Shown here: one piece after another, positions 47,751 through 56,686 of the stretch
Layout: each line of letters begins with the position of its first letter
Numbering within the stretch: the first letter of the stretch is position 1
Assembly: GCA_016214565.1 (NCBI GenBank)
Contig: JACROE010000002.1
Span: 664,007 to 728,006 of the forward strand
DNA: 64,000 nucleotides
Source: Candidatus Kerfeldbacteria bacterium
Lineage (GTDB): Bacteria; Patescibacteriota; Patescibacteriia; UBA10025; JAHIVO01
Reading direction: 5' to 3'
Program-made: the position numbers and the translations under genes
The notes under the pieces: generated by a model
The model's database searches: none
Seen by the model: only the letters and a program-made list of their open reading frames with translations
Told to the model about the DNA's origin: nothing

Positions 47751-50714
47751 TTACTTGAGCAGCAGCATTTTCTTCGTTTCGACCGCGTCCTCCGTACGCA
47801 GCCGGTAGAAGTAAATGCCGGAGGCCTGTTTGTCGGCTTCCCACACAATGGTGTGATCGCCAGCAGGCAGGTCGCCGTCGACAAGCTTGGCAACACGCTG
47901 ACCCAGAATGTTGAAAACTTCCAGAGTCACATGCGAGGCATTCGGCAATGAATAGGAGATATTCGTCACCGGGTTGAAGGGATTGGGGTAGTTTTGGGAA
48001 AGAGAGAACGAAATGGGGAGTGATTCCGCATCGTCATCGACAGCACGCTTACCCATCGCAGAGAGGGCCGGATTGAAATTCCCTGCCACAATACCTCTGA
48101 CATGATTGGTTATGCCGTAGGCGGTAGCTTCCCACCACCCCTCAGAGTAGTGATCCATCGTAAAGGATGATCCGGTAGACAGGAACATGTGGAACCTGAC
48201 CCAGACTGTGCTGTAGGCGTAGGCCAACATCACGTCATCTAACCCGTCGCCATCGAAATCGCCGGCAGCAGCTTGTGCAACGTTAGTTGCTCCGTAGCTG
48301 CCCGGTGAAGTCCACCAACTGGCGTAATTAAACGCCGATCCGGTGGATTGCAGCACATGAAGACTGGTTGTAGTTGCGGCATCTGCGTGAGCAAACGCTA
48401 CGTCACATTCGCCATCGTCGTTGAAATCGCCGCCAACAGCCTGAGTGACATCGTTAATGTTGTAGTTGGTATTGGTATACCACGACTGCAAGGCAAAGGC
48501 AGTGCCAGATGACACAAGGACGTGAGAGCGGAACTGGTACTGGCCGTTCACCAGACCATAATCGTAGAAAAACACTAAGTCGCACTTACCGTCGCCCGTA
48601 TAGTCCCCGGCCACACAATGCCGAATGTTCTGGGCATTGTATGAGCCGGATGACGTCCACCATGACTGCAGGGAAAACGAGCTCCCTGTAGAGATGAGCA
48701 CGTGCGTTCGCGTTTGATAGCGGTCCACGACATATCCGTAGTCATATACGAGAACCACATCGCACTTACCGTCGCCATTGAAATCTCCGGCTTCGGCATG
48801 CACCACGTTCAGGGCGTTGTAGCCGCCGCTGGCAGCCCACCAGGCATCCTCGAATGAAAAGGACCCGCCCGTCGAGAGCCAGACTTGGACTCGCGCTTTC
48901 GGAGTTCCGCTTATGATCTTGTTCTGCACGACAGCAATGTCGTCGAACGAGTCACCGTCGAAATCCCCGGACATAACGTGCTCAACGCTATCCCCAGGGT
49001 ACTCCACGTTTGACCACCATCCGCCATCGCCTTGGTAGTTGAAGCCATCAGTGTTGGATAGCCACGTATGGACCCTGGTGTAGCTGGTGTAATCGTACAC
49101 CGAAGCGAGATCGCACCAGTCGTTTTGGCCACCACCCATGCCACCGCCAGCCCCGTAATATATGACATTTGGATCACATGGGTTGAGAGCGATAAATACC
49201 GGGTCCCCGGATTCGAAGATACGGTGTAAATCGTCACCACTCTTGAAGTCTTGACACCAACGATCAAAATCATCCTGAAAGCGGTCGGTAGTCGCACAAC
49301 CAAACTTACTTACACCGCCGTTAGCATCGTAGCGCGCCTTGATACTCCCATACAACCAATACGCTTCGTTAGTGGCACACTCATTGCCGCTCCAATTCTC
49401 TTGGTCGTACATGATCATTCCGGCGCCATCGGCACCTCCAGAAAAGTCCTGGATGAGGATGTTGCCTGAGAGAGTATGTACTCTACCATATGCAGCTGCG
49501 GGAGAAGTAACTGCATTACCGACGTCACGAGCCCCACCGTTTCTGTCATAGGCATCGGCGAAGAGATACGAATGTTGTCTTTCCCATACCTCACCGTCTG
49601 TCCAGCCTGGAGAACAACTAGTGTAGCAGTAAATTGAGCCATTCTGAATATATCCTTTCTGGAAGTCTTGTCTCCATACTCCAGAACCTTGAGCGGTTTC
49701 ATATGAATTCGTTAGGGGCATGCCCAAACAAGAATTCGGGCCACCTTCTCCGGAAGGGCCGTCACACGAAGTGCTGTTGTAGCAGTCACCTGTTGGGCAA
49801 CTCTTAGGTGGATTGAGATTGTCGAGATCGTCCTCAAGCTGATCCCAGATTTGCCACTTTTCCCACCCGACGACATAGGCGCGCCGAGCACCACCAAGTA
49901 CGTCGTAGACGATAGCCGCATCATCTGGACCGTTCAAATATAGAGCACGGTAGCAATTCTTGGCAGTGTTGTCTGCACTGTAGAGATTGGCCGGATTCTC
50001 TTGATTGTAATAATGGTACCAGCCAATTTCGTACAATGCGCCGGCAGGCGTTGCTTCATCTCCGAATGCTTGATCAGGAGTTTGAGTCCAACCGTATGGA
50101 TTGCGGTCGTTCAACCCGTTTTCCTTTCGGTATTCCACCGCATGACCAACAATGAACTCACTAGGAACATACCAGTTGTCCTGAGTACAGCCGTTGGCAT
50201 CGTAGCCAGCATACACCCAACCACCAGCACAAGAGGTCCCGGTCTGATAGCTGCCCTTATGAATACCAAAATGAACGTGTTCTCCCCAATGGCCGTTGTA
50301 GTTGTAAGTCGCGACGAATCCTATGAGCTGACCTCTATGCACCTCCTGACCTGGGGATACTGCAAGTGTGCTGGCATACATATGTCCGGTGATAGAAGTC
50401 ACATGTTCGGTTCCTGTGTAATGTTCGATGACTACAATACCACCATACCCGTAGCCTTGTTCGTCAGCAGATAGGCGAGCCTCCTTAACCTGTCCATTCG
50501 CACAAGCGAAGACGGGTGTACCAGCGGGCGCTGCCACATCTTCGCCCAGATGGTGTTCTGAAACGCAGGTGCCCCAGAAGTGGTTACAGCCTACACTCCA
50601 CTTTGAAAGTGGGAATTGAAATGTTGTTGCATCCTGGTATGCGTGAGCATCCGATGCCATAGCCAAAATAGCGACCACGGCAATTGCAACCATGCAAGAA
50701 ATTCGTGCACTCAT
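47751..50714 (-). CDS. Secreted M23 peptidase + LGFP-like + FG-GAP/VCBS repeats + T9SS-type C-terminal domain
   Basis: HLGED, GTPVFA, GHM, HVHFG; repeated GDFDGDG.D; FSLSQNYPNPFNPVTNISY..FNILGQRV..SGIYFYRL..KKMLLLK; RBS AAGGAGG. Confidence 0.9.
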   Translation of the reverse strand: MSARISCMVAIAVVAILAMASDAHAYQDATTFQFPLSKWSVGCNHFWGTCVSEHHLGEDVAAPAGTPVFACANGQVKEARLSADEQGYGYGGIVVIEHYTGTEHVTSITGHMYASTLAVSPGQEVHRGQLIGFVATYNYNGHWGEHVHFGIHKGSYQTGTSCAGGWVYAGYDANGCTQDNWYVPSEFIVGHAVEYRKENGLNDRNPYGWTQTPDQAFGDEATPAGALYEIGWYHYYNQENPANLYSADNTAKNCYRALYLNGPDDAAIVYDVLGGARRAYVVGWEKWQIWDQLEDDLDNLNPPKSCPTGDCYNSTSCDGPSGEGGPNSCLGMPLTNSYETAQGSGVWRQDFQKGYIQNGSIYCYTSCSPGWTDGEVWERQHSYLFADAYDRNGGARDVGNAVTSPAAAYGRVHTLSGNILIQDFSGGADGAGMIMYDQENWSGNECATNEAYWLYGSIKARYDANGGVSKFGCATTDRFQDDFDRWCQDFKSGDDLHRIFESGDPVFIALNPCDPNVIYYGAGGGMGGGQNDWCDLASVYDYTSYTRVHTWLSNTDGFNYQGDGGWWSNVEYPGDSVEHVMSGDFDGDSFDDIAVVQNKIISGTPKARVQVWLSTGGSFSFEDAWWAASGGYNALNVVHAEAGDFNGDGKCDVVLVYDYGYVVDRYQTRTHVLISTGSSFSLQSWWTSSGSYNAQNIRHCVAGDYTGDGKCDLVFFYDYGLVNGQYQFRSHVLVSSGTAFALQSWYTNTNYNINDVTQAVGGDFNDDGECDVAFAHADAATTTSLHVLQSTGSAFNYASWWTSPGSYGATNVAQAAAGDFDGDGLDDVMLAYAYSTVWVRFHMFLSTGSSFTMDHYSEGWWEATAYGITNHVRGIVAGNFNPALSAMGKRAVDDDAESLPISFSLSQNYPNPFNPVTNISYSLPNASHVTLEVFNILGQRVAKLVDGDLPAGDHTIVWEADKQASGIYFYRLRTEDAVETKKMLLLK

Positions 50715-50783
50715 GGCACTCCTCCTTAAGGTTTGAATGTTTTGTCAATGTTCTATTTGATGAACACTAACACTGACTTTGGT

Positions 50784-51440
50784 TTACTTGGATTTTGAAA
50801 ACGAAGTCGCTACTGCCGAGAATTCTACATCAGCGGCGAGCGAGTTAAACACGTAGACAACAGTGTTCCTTGGGATGAGAACTTCTTCGAAGGCCAAACC
50901 TATTGTAGAATCATAGACAACTTTCGTGGCCGGAAGCCCGTCGATGACAAGCTGCTCGACTGATCGGACTTCTGTATATGGAGGGTCGGATTCGTTGATT
51001 GCATCTATTTCTTGCTCAATCGACCAGTCTTCTTTAACAGTTATAGCAGGCAACAGGGCCACATCAGATCGGTTTGTATCAAAGGCTATTTCGTATTGGT
51101 CATTTTCTTTCCCACCTTGTTGAGAAACCTGGTACGTCCATGTTTTCGGGTACTTAACGGTAAACCCGTACTCAATATTCTGATAGGTTAGCCAATCATT
51201 TGTCTCAACCACCAAATTGGTGTTTGACTCTGAATTACTATTCAATGCGGTGTTAATATTCCGATTAGCCTGCGCATTCACACTCTGATTTGATATTGAA
51301 TTCCCGTTATTCGTATTTGTCCCGTTATCGCGGGCAAAGAGGAAGTACGCCCCGACGCCGATGACGACTATTGCCAAAACGAGAGCGACCCACATCCCGG
51401 TCTTTGATCCACCGGCTGCAGGCTGGTTTACGTTGTCCAT
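50784..51440 (-). CDS. Membrane-anchored protein with Asn/Thr-rich linker and PsbP-like domain (CPR style)
   Basis: TM, NTNN-rich stretch, DWLTYQN.EYGFTVKYP..W; no SD. Confidence 0.75.
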   Translation of the reverse strand: MDNVNQPAAGGSKTGMWVALVLAIVVIGVGAYFLFARDNGTNTNNGNSISNQSVNAQANRNINTALNSNSESNTNLVVETNDWLTYQNIEYGFTVKYPKTWTYQVSQQGGKENDQYEIAFDTNRSDVALLPAITVKEDWSIEQEIDAINESDPPYTEVRSVEQLVIDGLPATKVVYDSTIGLAFEEVLIPRNTVVYVFNSLAADVEFSAVATSFSKSK

Positions 51441-51811
51441 ATGAATTGTTGGATTAGCTAATCTTAGATATCCTTAGCCTCTCACACCCAGGATATCTGT
51501 CAATATCTCGCGCAAATGCGGATGATTCCCGCCAGGGGCACAAACTGTGGACAGAAGACGGTCTTGCCGGATTCGATCAGTTCGGGTAGGATACTCGTGC
51601 AGCGTGAACGACCTTCGAGAATCCCAATTTCCGAAATCAGTACCAGAGATACCCCAACGAAAGAGCAGGGATATTTTTTTACCCTAACCTTTCGGTTTTT
51701 CTTCGGGTTATCCCCAGGCCATTGCCTGAACCGGCAATTGAGGCATTTTCGCAAAGCGGGTACGCTGTCAAATGTCAGTCAAAACAAAAATCAAAAACAA
51801 AAATCATCAGT

Positions 51812-52096
51812 ATGTCCCGCAGCCGCCTGGACAATTCATTCCCGAACCAGATTCGGAGGTACCGACACCATCGGTCCCTCCGGTTGCGGGACGTGGCCGA
51901 CCTTTTGGAGTTGTCCTCCTGCAGCCCGATCTGGCACTGGGAACTTGGGCTGAGAACACCGAGTCTGGAATCAGCCCTGAAACTGTCCGCGCTGTTGCAG
52001 TGTCCGGTCGAGATTCTGTTTTCGCAGAAATTCAACGAGTTCAGGCACGAACTGTTCGAGCGGAAGAGAGAGTCGGGCAACCCAAAACTTTACTAA
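51812..52096 (+). CDS. XRE-family HTH regulator
   Basis: NQIRRYR..L..RDVADLL..IWHWELGLRTPSLESALKL; ATG 51812. Confidence 0.8.
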   Translation: MSRSRLDNSFPNQIRRYRHHRSLRLRDVADLLELSSCSPIWHWELGLRTPSLESALKLSALLQCPVEILFSQKFNEFRHELFERKRESGNPKLY

Positions 52097-52118
52097 TTAG
52101 TCTAACAAAAACAAACAT

Positions 52119-52403
52119 ATGCCACAGGCATCAATGCGCGGGCAGTCGGGCAACTCCGACGCCGCGAAACCGGTCCCGTTCGTACCCAGAAACGAACGCG
52201 AGGAACTTGCCCTCGAAGTCGCAAGAACGCTCCGCGAGGAGCACCGCCTGCCCATCTATCTGGAATTGTGCAAGACGCACTCCGTCGAGGCCATCCGCAG
52301 AAGCCTCGATGAAGTAAAGCGGGTGCCCGAATCCAAGATTCGGAAATCCAAAGCAGCCTTATTCACTTACCTTTTGAAGAAACATGCCCAAGAACAGAAA
52401 TAG
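52119..52403 (+). CDS. Small helical protein, possibly DnaD/DnaB_2-like
   Basis: LPIYLELCKTHSVEAIRRSLDEVK..IRKSKAALFTYLLK; A-rich leader; operonic. Confidence 0.6.
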   Translation: MPQASMRGQSGNSDAAKPVPFVPRNEREELALEVARTLREEHRLPIYLELCKTHSVEAIRRSLDEVKRVPESKIRKSKAALFTYLLKKHAQEQK

Positions 52404-52911
52404 CATGCTGGCAATCGATCCCGGTACGAAGTACCTGGGCTATGCCGGATTCGTATCCGGGGAACTCTCGGACTACGGCGTGAAGTCGATCCGGCAAAAC
52501 GAAGGCGTGAAGGGAATACTCCTGGACCTTGACCGCATTTTCAGGAGAATGCTGGATGAGAAGCGACCAGGCGAACTGGTTATCGAACGCAATGCGTTCT
52601 CCCAGATTCGCAGCAATGTCCGGCTGACGCTTGCCGTCACACACTTAAAGAATCTGGCAGAAAAGCGACGGATCCGGGTATTTGAAGTCGACCCCCGGAC
52701 TGTCCGCAAGATCGTCTGCAAAGACGGCAATGCCACCAAGCGGGAAGTCGCCCGTACCTTAGCCATCCTGTACCCGGAACTCAAAGCCTATCTGGAATCC
52801 AACCGCCGCTGGCGGGTGGACTTCCACCAGAACGCCTTTGACGCAATAGCAGTCGGTCAGGCATTTCTCAAAATGAGCCGGACGTTTTCTGACCAACGGC
52901 CAAATTCATGA
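52384..52911 (+). CDS. RuvC-like Holliday junction resolvase
   Basis: LAIDPGT..GYA, LVIE, GNATKREV, NAFDAIAVG. Confidence 0.82.
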   Translation: MPKNRNSMLAIDPGTKYLGYAGFVSGELSDYGVKSIRQNEGVKGILLDLDRIFRRMLDEKRPGELVIERNAFSQIRSNVRLTLAVTHLKNLAEKRRIRVFEVDPRTVRKIVCKDGNATKREVARTLAILYPELKAYLESNRRWRVDFHQNAFDAIAVGQAFLKMSRTFSDQRPNS

Positions 52912-53048
52912 GGAACCCCCGAACCTTGAAAACCAGACGAACCCGCTCATTTGCGGGATTCGGGCGACAGCCCAAATGCGATATCTGCCGCCGCAAGATT
53001 GAGTACGGCAGTCTGTGCTACTACTGCCGTAAGAGACGAACTTCCTGA
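52908..53048 (+). CDS. 46-aa basic zinc-finger protein (not in ORF track)
   Basis: ATGA overlap with the RuvC stop; MRNPRTLKTRRTRSFAGFGRQPKCDICRRKIEYGSLCYYCRKRRTS (CxxC-x9-CxxC). Confidence 0.55.
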   Translation: MRNPRTLKTRRTRSFAGFGRQPKCDICRRKIEYGSLCYYCRKRRTS

Positions 53049-53052
53049 AGCA

Positions 53053-53660
53053 GGCACCGGCCTGACTACCGGTGCCTTAGGAAAGAGAGCCGCCCTGACT
53101 GGCGGCTCAAGGAGAAGATTAAGACGCCCCCGTTCGTCGGTCTGGCAGCGCTCCGTACTACTTTTCCCTTGTCGCAAACAGTCCTATGGGACTATTTTCT
53201 TACGTACAATTGTATTCCATGCAATTGTACGAGGGTAACACACTCTCCGCTATGGCGGACAGTGCATTACGCGGAAAAGTAGTTCGGGCTTGCCGCCCGA
53301 CTGCGCCCTGCTCTCTTCGGTCTGGCCTTGGCTGCTTCCGTGTGCGTCTAATAACCGGCACGGAGGCGTGACAGGTATGTCAGCAGCCAAGGGACCGCCC
53401 AGACCTCGACTGCGTCGCGGCGAACAACTATTAAGAGATTCGCCGCTCCTTGGCCTCGCCCGTCAACTAACGCTGCGGTGCGGGCTTCGGCGACCAGGAC
53501 GCAGTCGGGCGGCTCGAACCGCCAGCCGTTCAGTCATCGCCCTATTGGGCTCGACTTCTCGGGGCGGCCGTCCGGCTCTGCCGGACTTTCGGCCCCGACG
53601 AACGGGGGCGTGAAGAAGAGGAATATGGAAGGCCTGAAGGCCACTGAAGAATTTAGAAGA
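53053..53660. other. Hairpin-rich non-coding region upstream of the relaxase (candidate oriT)
   Basis: Hairpins 53053-53076 and 53087-53108; IR CGTACAATTGTA/TGCAATTGTACG 53203-53231; further GC-rich stems. Confidence 0.45.
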
Positions 53661-53667
53661 AGACACT

Positions 53668-54756
53668 ATGAGCAAACCCAGCGACAAGACCAGACTCTCG
53701 CGATACCGTCCGGATCGCAAGGCATTCCCGGATTTCCAACCCAGCGAGCGCCACCAGCGCATTCTGCTGCTGGTGCACGCGCACAGGTTCTTAGATACCG
53801 AACTATTGTGGCACCTGTTGCGCGTGTCGGAGTCGGAGACTCCGGCGCAGGGGGTAAAATCCGGGTTCGGAATGGAAGCGCTGTACAAGGCACTGCAGAA
53901 GATGTTCAACGCAGGGTATCTGAACCGGCACTTTTTGTATGACGTGCCCATCGGCAGAGGTAAGGGTACACCGCCGACGGTGTACGGTCTGGGCACGAAG
54001 AGCGCACGGTTGTTGTCTGAAGTCTTAGGGTGTTCGCCGCGTGACATACAGGACATTGTAGAAGCGAACAAAGTGAAGACGCCGTTCTTGAGGCACGCGC
54101 TTGAGATTGCACGATTCAGAGTGACGCTGGAACTTGCGTGCATGGCAAGCGGGGGTGAAAAGAAGTTGCTGTTCTGGGAACAGGGACAAGGTTTGAAAGA
54201 AACGGTCACGGCGTTTGACGCACAAGGAAACGAGCGCAAGTTCTCAGTGTATCCGGACGCGATGTTCGCGCTCGAATTGGAAGGCAAAGGTCGTGCGTGT
54301 TATTTCCTGGAAATAGACAGGGGTACCATGCCGATCCGCGCAACAACGGAGAGACCAGACCTTATTGGAAAATTCATCGGCTATCGGAAATTCCGTGAGA
54401 AGAAGATGATGGAGCGGAAGTTTGGTTACCGCGTGCTCGCGGACGGAACGGTAGCGGGGCTTGCGATAAATGAGAGACCGTTCGACGACGTGGAGCCGCC
54501 GAGCGGCGTGAAGCCGATTCCGGGATTCAATGTGTTATTCGTCATGCCCGGCTCGATTGACGTTGAAGGGAAACCAAAGGGTCGTATCCGCAATTGCCTT
54601 GCGGAACTAATGGCGCTCGGGGCAGCTTACTCCACATCGTCACTCTTTTGGTTCACGCCGCCTGAGTCGTACACCATTGAAGAACCGAAATCAATTCTGA
54701 AGAATATCTGGATCACATCGAATGCGGGGCAGGGCTTGCAGAGTCTTGTCGAATAA
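53668..54756 (+). CDS. Replic_Relax (MOBC-like) relaxase
   Basis: N-terminal wHTH (HRFLDTELL), LRHALEI, YPDAMF..YFLEIDRGT (D..ExD nuclease motif). Confidence 0.85.
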   Translation: MSKPSDKTRLSRYRPDRKAFPDFQPSERHQRILLLVHAHRFLDTELLWHLLRVSESETPAQGVKSGFGMEALYKALQKMFNAGYLNRHFLYDVPIGRGKGTPPTVYGLGTKSARLLSEVLGCSPRDIQDIVEANKVKTPFLRHALEIARFRVTLELACMASGGEKKLLFWEQGQGLKETVTAFDAQGNERKFSVYPDAMFALELEGKGRACYFLEIDRGTMPIRATTERPDLIGKFIGYRKFREKKMMERKFGYRVLADGTVAGLAINERPFDDVEPPSGVKPIPGFNVLFVMPGSIDVEGKPKGRIRNCLAELMALGAAYSTSSLFWFTPPESYTIEEPKSILKNIWITSNAGQGLQSLVE

Positions 54757-55594
54757 CGACGGCAAGGCGTGCAGACCCGGCCACACACATCCCGCCGGTC
54801 CGTGAAAGCGCCTTAGCTGCGCAGTGAGCGCGGAGACGAATGGTCGGTGCCATTGGTATCCGGTGGATGTACTTGCACCGATTTGGAGTACGTCATACGC
54901 GGGATGGTGGGGCCTCAATGAATTTCTGGACGAGGTGAAAGAAAGACGTTGACGAATCGAAATCTTCAATGTATAGATTGACTGTAGGTCTGTGATTGTA
55001 ATCATCAAGAGCAACACAGAGTAAATGATTGAAACCCAAATTTAGAGGAGCTGTCGACGCCAAACTAATCGGCGACGACAGGTAAGCGCAGCTGGCGCTA
55101 TAAAACAGCAGCCGCCAAGCAAGGAAGAAGCCGCCCCGAGGACTGAGTTGGGCAGCGCAGCAGTAGCTATTTGCGTCATTGGATTTCAATGAAAGGAATC
55201 CGTGATGTCAGTAGTGGCTTGCATGCGCCGAATCAATGGTTCGGGTTTCTTTGTGCGTGCTGTTGTTTTTTTGTGTCTGATCCGGATTGTCTCAACGGTC
55301 GTCCGGTTTGGGTTTCGAAGATTTCGACAGATGTCCGCCCCCCATCCATTGGTTCACTAGACATTCTCAATCTTGGCTGCTAAGCAGGAAATGGGATATC
55401 CAACGATTCCCACTGATTGATTAGCGCCAAAAAAAGACCCCACCCAAGAGTGAATCTCCACGAGAGACAAAACACTCAATAGGTGGGGGGAGCCGCTGAA
55501 AGCGCGGCAAAGAAAAGAAAAATAGGACTCTTGCATCGTAGCACGATGTTCGGTCCTATGCAAAGGTCCATACTTTTGATGAGTAGGAGGCCCT

Positions 55595-55825
55595 ATGTGG
55601 CCATTACTGATTGGAATAGGCGCTGCGCTCATTGCGCAGGGCATCAGAGAAGGTGTCAAAGAACACCGAGAACAATCGAATCGTCAGCTTCCACCACCGC
55701 CTCCCCGCAGGCAGCTCCCGTCGCGCTCGCGACAGATGGCTTTACCTGACAAAAGGAGCGCATATCAGAACAGACGACTGCTCGAAATCGAGCAGCAGCT
55801 TGATGAACTGGAAGTAGAGGAATGA
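55595..55825 (+). CDS. Small protein with hydrophobic N-terminus
   Basis: RBS AGGAGG; MWPLLIGIGAALIAQG; Pro-rich linker. Confidence 0.65.
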   Translation: MWPLLIGIGAALIAQGIREGVKEHREQSNRQLPPPPPRRQLPSRSRQMALPDKRSAYQNRRLLEIEQQLDELEVEE

Positions 55826-55886
55826 AGTGCAAACGAAATGTTTGCAAACCAAACAACACTAATCAAGAATGTGAGTGAAAACGCAT

Positions 55887-56090
55887 ATGTCAGAGAATTC
55901 AACCAATGACTCCGGCACCGGCAAAAAGCCGGATGACGGAATGGGCTCGGTTTTCGCCGTAGCAATGTTGGCGCTTGCTGTCTTTGGCGCATACAAGTTG
56001 TTCAAGGGCGAACCCGAACGCAAAACTTTGAGCGACATCCGCGAGGATGATTTTCTCAGGGATCTGTACGGGGAGGACTATCTCAAATGA
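55887..56090 (+). CDS. Small single-TM protein
   Basis: VFAVAMLALAVFGAYKLF; stop overlaps the next ATG. Confidence 0.65.
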   Translation: MSENSTNDSGTGKKPDDGMGSVFAVAMLALAVFGAYKLFKGEPERKTLSDIREDDFLRDLYGEDYLK

Positions 56091-56686
56091 ACCTTCCAGT
56101 CATACAACACAACGACGGTAGAGAGTTCCTGAAAGGAGGCTCTCTGGTGATGCTCCGGGCCGAAGCCCTGGACTGCATCAAGAACGACATGCGGCTGACG
56201 CCGCAGCTTAAGGTTGCGGCCATCCGTGAGCTCGACTTCCTGCTTGAATACGAACGCCTGCGGCGCGTTCGCATAGCGCACCGCAAGTTCAGGGAGGAAG
56301 AGCGAGAACTTGTCTACCAGGCACTGATCCGGCGACAGGAAGTCGTGAATCTCATCCGATTGGCGCAGGCGCAAACCGCCCGCGCCATCGAAGAGATCAA
56401 GCGGGACATTGCTCACTGGCGCATCGAAGTGAAAGTGCAGTTGCAGCGCCTTCGCCCAAAGGACGAGGTCCTGAAGCAGGCACGGAATGAAATCCTGAAA
56501 CTGAAACTAAAACACCGGTTGGAGCAAATGCGTGAGCAGGAGCTCCATCGCAGCCTCGAAGAACAAACGCTGAAACGCGCTGCTCTAATGGGAAAGGTCC
56601 AGAGGGATTTCCCCGATCTTGCTGAGGAGCTAGTTGAGCGTTATGACCAGATGGCGTATCAGTCATCAGGAGGGAGTCAGTCATGA
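56087..56686 (+). CDS. Coiled-coil hypothetical protein
   Basis: R/E/L/Q-rich helices; translationally coupled on both sides (ATGA). Confidence 0.7.
   Translation: MNLPVIQHNDGREFLKGGSLVMLRAEALDCIKNDMRLTPQLKVAAIRELDFLLEYERLRRVRIAHRKFREEERELVYQALIRRQEVVNLIRLAQAQTARAIEEIKRDIAHWRIEVKVQLQRLRPKDEVLKQARNEILKLKLKHRLEQMREQELHRSLEEQTLKRAALMGKVQRDFPDLAEELVERYDQMAYQSSGGSQS

Noticed and set aside
45847-51440. Integron (integrase plus cassettes)
   Set aside because: No IntI-specific insertion evident, no attC-like sites recognised, and cargo genes have mixed orientation
52384-52911. TnpB/Cas12-like RNA-guided nuclease
   Set aside because: Only 175 aa with a contiguous RuvC resolvase pattern; no REC/WED region or IS ends
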